This document shows, in pieces, positions 1-8,481 of a stretch of DNA of 64,000 bases. How positions within the stretch are numbered: the stretch's first letter is position 1; the number at the start of each line of letters is the position of its first letter. The translations under genes and the position numbers were made by a program. The notes under the pieces are model-generated. The model ran no database searches and was not told the origin of the DNA. It was given only the letters and a program-made list of their open reading frames with translations. This DNA comes from a virus (taxonomy: Duplodnaviria > Caudoviricetes), in IMG/VR virus record IMGVR_UViG_3300020049_014895, positions 10,482 to 74,481 of that record; one strand, 5' to 3'.

Positions 1-582
1 AAAGTAAGAAGCGGAAAAGAATTGGTTTGCGAAGGAAATTGGGAGTCCATTAAAGGAAAAGATGCCGGGATGAAATTTGCCGAATCAGTTTATATTGCCT
101 ACATAGGTGATGATAAAAAACTTGTTATCGGGAACATTAAAATGGTTGGCTCATCGTTAAACGCATGGATTAATTATGTATCCGGAGAGAGAGACGAAAA
201 AGGAAAACGAATTTCCGAGCCACACGATCCGTATGTAGGCGCAATTACCGTTGAATCAATGAAAGAAGGCAAGAAAGGCAAAACCGTTTACCAAATGCCT
301 GTATTCACTCCGCGTTCATTAAAGCCTGAAACAGAAGCATTGGTTCTTGAATTGGACAAAGAACTTCAGGCATACTTGAAAGATTATTTCGCTAAGAAAG
401 CTTTGGAGGACATTGCAACGGAATCTATTCCGGCAGACCCAACTCCAACACCGGAAGAGATTGAAGCAACATTTCACGCTGAAGCGACTCCGGAGCCATC
501 GGCAAAAGAAATCGCCATGGGAAAGCAACAAGCGAAATCTGATGCCATACAAGCCGAGAGCGATTTGCCTTGGGATCTGTAA
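1..582 (+). CDS. Putative single-stranded DNA-binding / recombination protein, 5'-truncated by the window edge
   Basis: Frame is open from base 1. Acidic, Pro-rich C-terminal tail ending SDLPWDL resembles phage SSB tails (DLPF-type). Confidence 0.5.
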   Translation, partial: KVRSGKELVCEGNWESIKGKDAGMKFAESVYIAYIGDDKKLVIGNIKMVGSSLNAWINYVSGERDEKGKRISEPHDPYVGAITVESMKEGKKGKTVYQMPVFTPRSLKPETEALVLELDKELQAYLKDYFAKKALEDIATESIPADPTPTPEEIEATFHAEATPEPSAKEIAMGKQQAKSDAIQAESDLPWDL

Positions 583-658
583 ACGAATAAACGCAGCCTA
601 CTCCCTGCGAAATTAGTCTACGAAAGAGTACTTGCTGTGCGTAGTTCGTAGATGAAAA

Positions 659-735
659 GACTTCATTGGTGTTTTGGATAAACATAGCGGGCTTAAAATC
701 CCGAAGATACAAGTTCGAGTCTTGTATGAAGTCCA
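659..735 (+). tRNA. tRNA-like gene, nominal anticodon UAA (Leu), with atypical anticodon arm
   Basis: Acceptor GACTTCAT(659-666)/ATGAAGTC(726-733); D-stem GTGT/ACAT; T-arm ACAAG-TTCGAGT-CTTGT (709-725); anticodon loop CTTAAAA(T) at 692-699; short variable region. Confidence 0.7.
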
Positions 736-758
736 CAAAATATTAAACAACAACAATC

Positions 759-1526
759 ATGTCACGACTTGACCACCCTCTATCAGAAATACACTCCGGA
801 ACGCACCTTGTAGTCGTTTTGGAAGCATCACTACTCCGCGACAAGGATAATCTCCCTATCATCGCAAAAGATGGCTCCAAAGGAATAAATATCCGGTTTA
901 ACGATAACAAACTAAACCACGATAAGGTATTTTGGGAGAAATCCTCCGACTTCAGAAAGCTTTGCAAAGTTACCTCTTGCGATATGACTAAACCGGTATT
1001 GTCTCAGCTAAAAGGTAAATCTCTTTGGCTATGCATTAAGGAGGTTAAAACGATGAAGGAGGCTGTACACGTATCCTCGGAGTATGTTGCCTTCGATTAC
1101 ATTGAATGTACAAATCCTACGCAGAAGCCTATCATCTCAGGAGACCCTTGTCAACATCCTAAAGGATTACCACTGGGAGTGTTTGTTGAGTATAAGCAGG
1201 ATGAGAGGAGCATCGTATCGGAGAATCCAAATTCACAATATCCATTAACTGAAGAAGAGGTGTTTATGCCACAAGGTGCAGTTATAGCTACAGCCACAAT
1301 TGTTTTAACGGATGAACAAAAGCAAAAACTCGAACTCGGCAAAAAGATAATCGCTGAAGGAGAAGGAAAGAAAATGACATCCCTAAACGAGAAAAACACT
1401 CCGAAAGAATCAGTAGAAGAAAAATTCGAACAAGCAGCAATCGAGCAAGACATCTTCGACAAAGCGGAATCTCACGGAGAATCAAATGATAATAATCACG
1501 TTGAAGACGATTGGAGCAAACTATGA
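759..1526 (+). CDS. Hypothetical phage protein with acidic C-terminus
   Basis: 255-aa ORF in a tightly packed plus-strand operon; no recognisable motif. Confidence 0.75.
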   Translation: MSRLDHPLSEIHSGTHLVVVLEASLLRDKDNLPIIAKDGSKGINIRFNDNKLNHDKVFWEKSSDFRKLCKVTSCDMTKPVLSQLKGKSLWLCIKEVKTMKEAVHVSSEYVAFDYIECTNPTQKPIISGDPCQHPKGLPLGVFVEYKQDERSIVSENPNSQYPLTEEEVFMPQGAVIATATIVLTDEQKQKLELGKKIIAEGEGKKMTSLNEKNTPKESVEEKFEQAAIEQDIFDKAESHGESNDNNHVEDDWSKL

Positions 1527-1717
1527 GAATGATTAAAATAATCTTTGCAGGGAAATACCATTTAGCAAAACGCATTAGATTAAAGATTATAGTTGAAAAC
1601 TTCTATTTAATGGTTATTGGAAACGCTGGAGGAAGTATTCAACAACTATGTGGATATGATAAATGGTTTTTTGACATGCAAATGAATGAATATTTTTACA
1701 ACTACAAATGCAAATAA
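1523..1717 (+). CDS. Small hypothetical protein
   Basis: ATG at 1523 overlaps the upstream stop (ATGA); the stop overlaps the next gene. Confidence 0.5.
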   Translation: MRMIKIIFAGKYHLAKRIRLKIIVENFYLMVIGNAGGSIQQLCGYDKWFFDMQMNEYFYNYKCK

Positions 1718-2172
1718 AACACTTCGGTAAAATAATCAACGGCAAAAGAGTCTACTACAACGTAGAACTTCACCGAGAAGCTCTCTTCGATTTAGAAGGA
1801 CAAGAGTTCGAGGAAACCATTAAGCTTAAACACAAGCCAGTTTCTCACGATGCCTTCGCGTATTACTATGCTGGAGTCATTGGAACAGCATTGAAATTCG
1901 AAACATTTGACGGCTGGGACAAAAATGACTTAGATGCAGAATTAAAAGGGAGATTCTTATTCTATCACAAAACCCTTTGCATAAAACACTTAGACGGAAC
2001 AGAAGAATTTGTTACGCAGAAGAAAACATATGAAAAGAAAGCCATCAGCAGTAAAGTTATGAAAGAATTTACCGACAGATGTATTGTATGGTTAGCAGAA
2101 CTTGGGATAGTAGTTCCCCCTTCCGAAAATTTTATTGCTGGGAAATATAAAACAATAACAATTAAAAAATAA
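1708..2172 (+). CDS. NinB/YbcN-like recombination-associated protein
   Basis: Pattern AYYYAGVIG...ELKGRFL...SSKVMKEFTDRCIVWLAELGIVVP resembles the NinB/Orf family. Confidence 0.55.
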   Translation: MQIKHFGKIINGKRVYYNVELHREALFDLEGQEFEETIKLKHKPVSHDAFAYYYAGVIGTALKFETFDGWDKNDLDAELKGRFLFYHKTLCIKHLDGTEEFVTQKKTYEKKAISSKVMKEFTDRCIVWLAELGIVVPPSENFIAGKYKTITIKK

Positions 2173-2178
2173 AAAAAG

Positions 2179-2472
2179 ATGAAACAATACAATAGTGCAA
2201 GATTTAATACATCGGCAATAATTAATCAAGAAGGAAATAAACTTATTCCAATGATTGAAGTTGTTGTTTTAACAGAAGAGCCTTGTTGGGTCGCTAACAC
2301 TAAGAAAAAAATTATCGAAAGAACAAACAAGGCTTCCGAAATAAGATTTTCTGCTACCAAACAAGATTTATTAAAACTTCAATCAGACCTGGTTTATGCT
2401 ATTGAAAATATTGATAACATGCAAAAAATTTGCGATACAGCCAAAATTATTCCCAAAATCGTAGATAAATAG
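2179..2472 (+). CDS. Hypothetical protein
   Basis: 97-aa ORF packed within the operon. Confidence 0.7.
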   Translation: MKQYNSARFNTSAIINQEGNKLIPMIEVVVLTEEPCWVANTKKKIIERTNKASEIRFSATKQDLLKLQSDLVYAIENIDNMQKICDTAKIIPKIVDK

Positions 2473-2625
2473 ATGTACACAGTAGACCACATTAGATTAC
2501 GTTGGCCAGGACCACAATACGAAGTGATATTCGTCAACGAAGGCGGACTTCAATAAACAATAGCTTACTTCTGGAAGAAATTAGACGCAGAAGAATACGC
2601 AAATTTTAAAAATGAAAGTTTATGA
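2473..2625 (+). pseudogene. 50-codon gene interrupted by an in-frame TAA at 2554-2556
   Basis: ATG directly follows the upstream TAG; the terminal TGA overlaps the next ATG; reads MYTVDHIRLRWPGPQYEVIFVNEGGLQ*TIAYFWKKLDAEEYANFKNESL. Confidence 0.55.
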
Positions 2626-2954
2626 CAAAAAAGACTAAACAGCCTAAAGCCTACTCCGTTAAAAGATGCATCGTAAAAGATTCAAAAGCGATCCGCTCTC
2701 TTTTAGAAGACAGATTCCTTGAACTTGAATTAACCGGCAAAGCAATTGTAGACGATGCCATAAGTCACGGATACAATAAAATTAAACCCGAGACGTTATC
2801 TCGATACAGAAAGACAGGAAACACCATTGGCTCTCTCACTCAGCAAGACATCGCTTGGCTATGTTATCGCTACGGGATTGAGTTTAATTTAGTTGTCGAA
2901 AGTATCCCTTACAACGAAAAAGAATCTCTTAAAACTCTCAAAAAACACTTCTAA
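2622..2954 (+). CDS. Hypothetical protein, possible helix-turn-helix DNA-binding protein
   Basis: IKPETLSRYRKTG...LTQQDIAWLCYRYGI resembles an XRE-like HTH C-terminal part. Confidence 0.6.
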   Translation: MTKKTKQPKAYSVKRCIVKDSKAIRSLLEDRFLELELTGKAIVDDAISHGYNKIKPETLSRYRKTGNTIGSLTQQDIAWLCYRYGIEFNLVVESIPYNEKESLKTLKKHF

Positions 2955-3208
2955 TGGAAACAATAGGCGAACAGTTCTCCGGAAAAGAATCTGCAAGAAG
3001 ACCATCTTTCCCCGTATTTGAAATTGATGATATCATGCGGATGAATGAATATAAATTCAACTTGTGGGACACTCTTCTTTATCAAGCATCTAAGCTTACA
3101 AAAAAAGAAAAGGAACGAATCAGAATCGAATTAAGTAACGTTGACCAGTGGTGTAATAAGTGCGCCACAGACTTTACATTAGACAATAACCGAAATTTCA
3201 AACAATGA
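2954..3208 (+). CDS. Hypothetical protein
   Basis: Start and stop overlap both neighbours. Confidence 0.65.
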   Translation: METIGEQFSGKESARRPSFPVFEIDDIMRMNEYKFNLWDTLLYQASKLTKKEKERIRIELSNVDQWCNKCATDFTLDNNRNFKQ

Positions 3209-3822
3209 CACAATTCGATTTAAAGAATTTCAAGAGACTTCCCGATGGGAGTTATCAGAAAATCAGTAATCCGCAGCCGAGGGATTTGCAACCAAAAGTT
3301 TCCGTTAAAGTTATCCTTCAACCGACCAACATCGAGTTTGAATCAGGAAAGGCAAAGACCAAGAAAGTTAAACCCGTTCAGCACGTTCACTTTTCCGGAA
3401 TGGACATACAAGATGTGTACGCTCAATGTGAACATGAAGGGACTATCTTCATTAAAGGCAATGTGCCCAGTTTAAAAAATTCTAAACAATTATTCAAGAA
3501 TAAAAAAACAGGAAAGACATTCATCACCTCATCCGATCTTTGCAAGAAATATGTTCGAGAAACAGACATTCATTACCGCTTGTTTAAATCTCGCTTTCAC
3601 GAAATGCTAAAAGGCAAAAACAAGCCGTATAGTATCCAGATGTTTTTTATCCGCGACCAGCACAAAGCTTTTGATTACATAAACGTTAGCCAGATAGTTT
3701 TTGATATTATGCAAGTTCACGGCTGGATAGAAAATGATGATAATAGAAACGTTATCCCAAATTTTGATTGCGGATACGGATATGACCCCAAGATGGCAGG
3801 AGTAATTATAAAAGTGTTGTAA
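3205..3822 (+). CDS. RusA-like Holliday junction resolvase
   Basis: GNVPSLKNSK N-terminal motif and DYINVSQIVFDIMQVHGWIENDD, matching the RusA acidic-residue pattern. Confidence 0.6.
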   Translation: MTQFDLKNFKRLPDGSYQKISNPQPRDLQPKVSVKVILQPTNIEFESGKAKTKKVKPVQHVHFSGMDIQDVYAQCEHEGTIFIKGNVPSLKNSKQLFKNKKTGKTFITSSDLCKKYVRETDIHYRLFKSRFHEMLKGKNKPYSIQMFFIRDQHKAFDYINVSQIVFDIMQVHGWIENDDNRNVIPNFDCGYGYDPKMAGVIIKVL

Positions 3823-4085
3823 TGGACTACGCAATCGACCTCACCAACTTCTACGAACCCGAAGGACAGAAACCTCTCATACAGGACGCAATCGTTGAAT
3901 CGGCAAAAAGCAAGTTCCGAGTTGACCGGTGGTTTTCATCCAAAGGACATTGCTACGTCTTTATCGACATAGGACTCCGCTCAAATATAAAACCATTTGC
4001 GCAATCACCATCACAAGTAATTAAAGCATTAAAACTTAAAAAAATCAATATCGTAAAAAATGGAACAGAACAACATTTCACTTAA
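3822..4085 (+). CDS. Hypothetical protein
   Basis: Translationally coupled ORF (TAATG). Confidence 0.65.
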   Translation: MDYAIDLTNFYEPEGQKPLIQDAIVESAKSKFRVDRWFSSKGHCYVFIDIGLRSNIKPFAQSPSQVIKALKLKKINIVKNGTEQHFT

Positions 4086-4356
4086 AGAAAAAGCAAAAGA
4101 GTTAGTCGATAAGTACAAGGGATTAGTTTATCCGTACATAGGAAGTTCTATGTTAACAAACGATGCAGACGAAGGGGTTATTCTTATGAACTCAAAACAT
4201 TGTGCTTTAATTAATATTGACGAAAACATTAAGTCGCTAAAGATTCTTTACGACACCTTTGATGCTGGAGGAGATTCTGATTGGTGGTTCAGAACAAAAG
4301 TCGAAGAACAAATCACTTATCTAAACGAAATTAAACAAGAAATAAATAAACTATAA
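4060..4356 (+). CDS. Hypothetical protein, paralogue of 61051-61314
   Basis: Shares KEKAKELVDKY...YLNEIKQEINKL with KDKAKEIIKKY...YWNDVKNEIEKL. Confidence 0.7.
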   Translation: MEQNNISLKEKAKELVDKYKGLVYPYIGSSMLTNDADEGVILMNSKHCALINIDENIKSLKILYDTFDAGGDSDWWFRTKVEEQITYLNEIKQEINKL

Positions 4357-4598
4357 TGGAAATACAACTACAACCAGTAAACAGCACAACAATCAAAGGC
4401 ATGGCACTTTCAGAAGGAACCATGTATGTTCAATTCGCCTCCGGTGTTATCTACAAGTATCCCGATACAACTCAAGCAGAATATAAATCCATCATCGAAG
4501 ATGTCTCCGTTGGATCAAAACTTCGAAGAGTAGTAGCAGAGAAATTGCACCAAAAACTTTCCGAAGAATCTCCTGAATTTAAACGATTAAAATATTAA
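4356..4598 (+). CDS. KTSC-domain protein
   Basis: PVNSTTIKGMALSEGTMYVQFASGVIYKY...SVGS matches the KTSC pattern. Confidence 0.75.
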   Translation: MEIQLQPVNSTTIKGMALSEGTMYVQFASGVIYKYPDTTQAEYKSIIEDVSVGSKLRRVVAEKLHQKLSEESPEFKRLKY

Positions 4599-4600
4599 TT

Positions 4601-4918
4601 ATGATTGAAGCTATCTGTATCGACTCAGCAAATCGCCCGGAAGAAGTCCCTCTTAGCAAATGGATTCAAAAAGGGTTTAAATACCACATCACGCACGTAT
4701 ACTATCACCCTACGCAAGGGAACATTCGAGGATGTGAACTACATGAAGTAAAACTTGGAGTAGAATGCGAACCATATCGAGCCTACAGGCTTAACCGATT
4801 CGGATTCACCAAAGAGAATTTCGAGAAGCTAAAACAAATGATTATCGATTGCTCCGAGTTAAATGAATTCGATGTAAATAAACTTCTGAGAGAATGCGAT
4901 TTGGAGGTTATGGTGTAA
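4601..4918 (+). CDS. Hypothetical protein
   Basis: 105-aa ORF within the operon. Confidence 0.7.
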   Translation: MIEAICIDSANRPEEVPLSKWIQKGFKYHITHVYYHPTQGNIRGCELHEVKLGVECEPYRAYRLNRFGFTKENFEKLKQMIIDCSELNEFDVNKLLRECDLEVMV

Positions 4919-4961
4919 CACTAATGCCTTGAGCGGCCTTGTAAAACTCACTAAAAATTAA

Positions 4962-5444
4962 ATGGAACAAACAATTAGAAAAACCAGAATTCAACTGGAT
5001 GCCGTATTTGTCTTAACCGGAAAATTAACTCCATCAAGAGAAGTTTCTTTAGCAAAGACTCATTTTGAAACATCCAAGATGATGCTTGGAAAAGTACTTG
5101 GAGAATTAGGAACTGCTAATCCATATCCGGAAAGTAAAAATCCAGAGAGTTCAAAAATTGAACCAACTGCTGATACTGCTGACAGAGTAGAAATTAATTT
5201 TGCTGATGGAACTGATCAAATTGCCCGCGTAAAACTCCTGCGCCAAGATGCTGAACAATTATGTAAATCTATTGAAGACATTATTAATGTCACAATGGAG
5301 CATCCACATAAATGGAAATTAATGGATTTCTTAAAAAGCTCTTACCTTGAGTGTCAAAAAGGAATGAGGTGGTTAGGAATGGAATTGGGACGCATCCGTG
5401 ATACTGCAACAGAAGACACAACACAACGCTTGGACGCAAAATAG
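4962..5444 (+). CDS. Tandem two-domain protein resembling the Acb2/Tad1-type helical hairpin (possible nucleotide sponge)
   Basis: Two related helical segments: SREVSLAKTHFETSKMMLGKVLGELG and KSSYLECQKGMRWLGMELGRIRD. Confidence 0.45.
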   Translation: MEQTIRKTRIQLDAVFVLTGKLTPSREVSLAKTHFETSKMMLGKVLGELGTANPYPESKNPESSKIEPTADTADRVEINFADGTDQIARVKLLRQDAEQLCKSIEDIINVTMEHPHKWKLMDFLKSSYLECQKGMRWLGMELGRIRDTATEDTTQRLDAK

Positions 5445-5454
5445 AATTGCTTAC

Positions 5455-5486
5455 ATCTCAAGGGACAGTACATTGTTCCTTGAGAT
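5455..5486. terminator. Hairpin terminator between convergent early and late arms
   Basis: ATCTCAAGGGACA-gtacat-TGTTCCTTGAGAT stem-loop between the converging stop codons. Confidence 0.75.
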
Positions 5487-5917
5487 TATTTAACTACCCT
5501 TAAAACACCAATGTAAACAAGTTCCGTTACAGCTACGGCACCCACGATAACAAAGCCTGTCTTGAATAGTCGTTTCCCTCTCAGAGCTTTATTTAATTGC
5601 TTTTCAACGTATAATTTATCGTCTTGGCAATGTTTGTTCTGCAGCAATCTTAAATTGATTTCCTTATCCTTCTCCGCGGATTCATTTCGCAAGAATCCAT
5701 TCTCAGCATTTAACGTTCGGATAATTTGATCTTGAAGCACTAACGAAGAACCCATCTCTTTCACAAGGTAGTATTGCTCAATGTTTAAAGCATCTTGCTC
5801 AGGTGTGATACAAGTTAAACTATCTGGGACTAACGTATATCCCGTTTGACTTATAGATTGAATCGCGAACAGCATCGCGCTCAGTACGAGTAAACTTCTT
5901 AATTTTAGCTCTTTCAT
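5486..5917 (-). CDS. Spanin-like lysis protein (signal peptide, coiled coil, C-terminal hydrophobic segment)
   Basis: Overlaps the upstream membrane-anchored coiled-coil gene by about 98 nt, just after the endolysin and holin. Confidence 0.5.
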   Translation of the reverse strand: MKELKLRSLLVLSAMLFAIQSISQTGYTLVPDSLTCITPEQDALNIEQYYLVKEMGSSLVLQDQIIRTLNAENGFLRNESAEKDKEINLRLLQNKHCQDDKLYVEKQLNKALRGKRLFKTGFVIVGAVAVTELVYIGVLRVVK

Positions 5918-6176
5918 GTCTTGATTTGTATTTGTTTATCGAATCCGCTCTCTCGTAATTAACGATGTAAGCGTGTGCGCTATCGGCTTGTTTGCGCCAC
6001 GATTTCGCCTCGGCTTGATGTACATCTATCATCGCGGAGATAATGCTGTCACGTTCAAATTTTAGCCGGTCTACCTCTACGGAATTATCCGGTGCCGTAT
6101 CCTTAAAAGCCAACCAACATAAAATGCCGATGACAATCCAATAAATGATGTCTTTAAGACTTATTGTTAGCTTCAT
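5820..6176 (-). CDS. i-spanin-like protein
   Basis: N-terminal TM segment (IIYWIVIGILCWLAF) followed by a charged coiled coil; lysis-cassette position. Confidence 0.5.
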   Translation of the reverse strand: MKLTISLKDIIYWIVIGILCWLAFKDTAPDNSVEVDRLKFERDSIISAMIDVHQAEAKSWRKQADSAHAYIVNYERADSINKYKSRHERAKIKKFTRTERDAVRDSIYKSNGIYVSPR

Positions 6177-6360
6177 TTTCCTTTTCTTTTATAAACGATA
6201 CGATTTCATTTGCAACACCACCTATTGCAAGTATCGCCAAAGATAAATACGGATGTCCTTCTACTAAAATTAAACTACCCCCGGCAATACCGGTTACAGC
6301 CTTTATGCAAAGACCTATTAATTTTAACTTTTCAATTTTACTTAGTGAGAATATTTTCAT
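6154..6360 (-). CDS. Holin-like small membrane protein
   Basis: Two hydrophobic segments and a charged C-terminus, directly after the endolysin. Confidence 0.55.
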   Translation of the reverse strand: MKIFSLSKIEKLKLIGLCIKAVTGIAGGSLILVEGHPYLSLAILAIGGVANEIVSFIKEKENEANNKS

Positions 6361-6362
6361 GG

Positions 6363-6794
6363 TTACAATCTTATGAATCCTTTACAAGCAGATATTTTAC
6401 GAGTTCTGCGACATACTTCATATCCTTCTCGACTGCCTTCATCATTTGAATTTCCTTCAATAGTTTGGATAGTATCACCTACAACATTTTCTACAAACCC
6501 TGTATGACCCAATCCGCCACCAAAATCCATAATAAAAATATCTCCAGGCAGCGGAACTGCATGACGATGATCCGCTGCCGTCTTATTCCATTGCTTCAAT
6601 ACGCCTCCGGTACGAAACAAGATATTATTTGGATTAGCCTCCTTACAACACCAATATACAAACGCCATACACCAACTGGCCGGGAATGTAATCCCTACAG
6701 ATTTAAGGTATTTCTGTACATGTTCTCCCCAATTTGAGTTCTTAGGAATCTCTTGGTTCCCTATTTGAGTAACTGCTATTTGAATGTGATTCAT
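6363..6794 (-). CDS. Endolysin, CHAP-domain amidase/peptidase
   Basis: WCMAFVYWC...PGDIFIMDFGGGLGHTGFVE...TIEGNSN gives the Cys/His CHAP catalytic motifs; likely start MNHIQ at 6794. Confidence 0.85.
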   Translation of the reverse strand: MNHIQIAVTQIGNQEIPKNSNWGEHVQKYLKSVGITFPASWCMAFVYWCCKEANPNNILFRTGGVLKQWNKTAADHRHAVPLPGDIFIMDFGGGLGHTGFVENVVGDTIQTIEGNSNDEGSREGYEVCRRTRKISACKGFIRL

Positions 6795-6973
6795 AGTAAA
6801 TAAATTATCGTGATTAATAATACTAAAACAACTCCACTCCAAACTAATCTTTCCTTTGCCAGCTTCCGGCCGTGTCTAATGTCATGTTGCTCGCACCGCA
6901 TTTCGATATACCGGTTTACTACCCGGACATTCGCCTCCTCAATTAACTCCTCAAGGATTTCTTCGGTAATCAT
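6791..6973 (-). CDS. Small hypothetical protein with C-terminal TM segment
   Basis: ATGA overlaps at both ends when started at 6973. Confidence 0.6.
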   Translation of the reverse strand: MITEEILEELIEEANVRVVNRYIEMRCEQHDIRHGRKLAKERLVWSGVVLVLLITIIYLL

Positions 6974-7239
6974 ATAAACTTGACTAAAACAGGAAACAAT
7001 GCCTTGGTGATTATTCCAAGCAACCATAAACAAAATGCTCCAATGGCACCATAAATTGCCATCTGACCCTTCTTTACCGCCTCAGCAGTTTTTATTGCTT
7101 GGCTAAATTCGTCAAACTCATTTCGCAAGTCATAAACTGCCGATACCAACCCTTTTCGGTTAGTCTTTTCATCGTTCTCCAAGATGTATAACACCCGGTC
7201 CAGCTTTTTGCTTAGTTCACTTGTTTCTATTTCTGACAT
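6970..7239 (-). CDS. Holin/antiholin-like protein (coiled coil plus C-terminal TM)
   Basis: Hydrophobic C-terminus AIYGAIGAFCLWLLGII; located in the lysis region. Confidence 0.55.
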   Translation of the reverse strand: MSEIETSELSKKLDRVLYILENDEKTNRKGLVSAVYDLRNEFDEFSQAIKTAEAVKKGQMAIYGAIGAFCLWLLGIITKALFPVLVKFI

Positions 7240-7522
7240 ATTCGTAAGTTGAAATGGTTAACGTTATAAAAATCATTATAATATCACTTTTGTTAAACGT
7301 GGTGATGTCGAAAAATATTCGATCAACAGCATCCGATATGCATAATCCGACTCCTACCGATAAAATAAACCTCAGCAGCCCACTTGTGCCAAGCAATGCT
7401 ACAAACATCGCCAAAGCAAACATAATCGAGTAAATATTGGTGCGTAATTCCCACCACATCTCAAGATTATCCGAATAGAAGTATTCGCATATATTGTAGT
7501 TCCATACAAATAGCAATACCAA
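7217..7522 (-). CDS. Multi-pass membrane protein
   Basis: Three to four hydrophobic stretches; start codon uncertain (TTG). Confidence 0.55.
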   Translation of the reverse strand: MVLLFVWNYNICEYFYSDNLEMWWELRTNIYSIMFALAMFVALLGTSGLLRFILSVGVGLCISDAVDRIFFDITTFNKSDIIMIFITLTISTYEYVRNRNK

Positions 7523-7617
7523 TATTCCACTTAATATTTCTTTACTTCTTAACAGGAGGCTTCGGTTTATCCGGGTTCACTGTCTTTGTTCCTTTTTTTG
7601 CCATGATGTAAATATAA

Positions 7618-8481
7618 TTATTTTAATGCTATAAAGTTATTTTGAGATAGTTTTTTTCTAATTTCATCAGCCAAACTTCCTGGGATGGTGTGCCCTGACA
7701 TTAATTCATCTAACACAGCGCTAGCAATTGCTGCAGAACTCATATTTCCAATAATGTCACCGGCTGTACCTGGTGCATACGCTCCAGGTAACAATGTCGC
7801 CCAAGGATCACCGCCAGCTCCAGCGTTACCCATGGCCTCTCCCATTGTTCCGGAAGCATTATAATCTGCTGTTAAAGCATTCCAAACACCGTCTACAATT
7901 TGCTGTACTTCGGCTTGTGATTGATTTACGTATATATTTGCTTCTAATGAAAGAGTTCCTCTTAATCCTGCAGTGACAGAACTTGTTCCTGCTAATACAG
8001 AATTCATGTAAGCAATTACATTTAATCCTGCTGTTAAACTACCTGTACCAGATAATGAAGCTGCTAAAGAAACAATACCAACTAAACTAGCTGTTGTAAT
8101 AGTTCCACTACCGCTTAATGAAGCAGCCAAAGCTGTTATTAATGATAATTGAGCATCTGTTATAGTACCACTTCCAGTTAATCCAGCAAGGATATTAATT
8201 CCCATAGATAATCCGGAAGCTTGTTCTCCAACACCGTTAATTGCTGTAGTAGAGCTTAATAAAGCTCCTTTATCACCCATAACAATTGAATATGGATGAT
8301 TAGTTCCTGTAGGAAACCCATCCCTTTTTATTTGCTCTAATCCATCTTCCGTTTGTGATCTTCCATAATATCCACGCATAGTATGTGGTTGAATAAACTT
8401 CACAGGACTAGTTACGCCACTATGATTATGACCACATATTTGACTAACATAAGAATAGTTGCGAATTAACATTATCCCCAA
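7618..8481 (-). CDS. Putative virion accessory protein with Gly/Ser/Ala-rich repeats
   Basis: Repeated LAASLSG(S/T)G(T/S) units; part of the AT-rich 7.6-10.9 kb module. Confidence 0.65.
   Translation of the reverse strand: MGIMLIRNYSYVSQICGHNHSGVTSPVKFIQPHTMRGYYGRSQTEDGLEQIKRDGFPTGTNHPYSIVMGDKGALLSSTTAINGVGEQASGLSMGINILAGLTGSGTITDAQLSLITALAASLSGSGTITTASLVGIVSLAASLSGTGSLTAGLNVIAYMNSVLAGTSSVTAGLRGTLSLEANIYVNQSQAEVQQIVDGVWNALTADYNASGTMGEAMGNAGAGGDPWATLLPGAYAPGTAGDIIGNMSSAAIASAVLDELMSGHTIPGSLADEIRKKLSQNNFIALK

Noticed and set aside
686-704. tRNA-like gene as an ochre (UUA anticodon) suppressor explaining the TAA at 2554
   Set aside because: Placing UUA at positions 34-36 removes U33 and destroys the anticodon stem; the register giving UAA or an 8-nt loop fits better.
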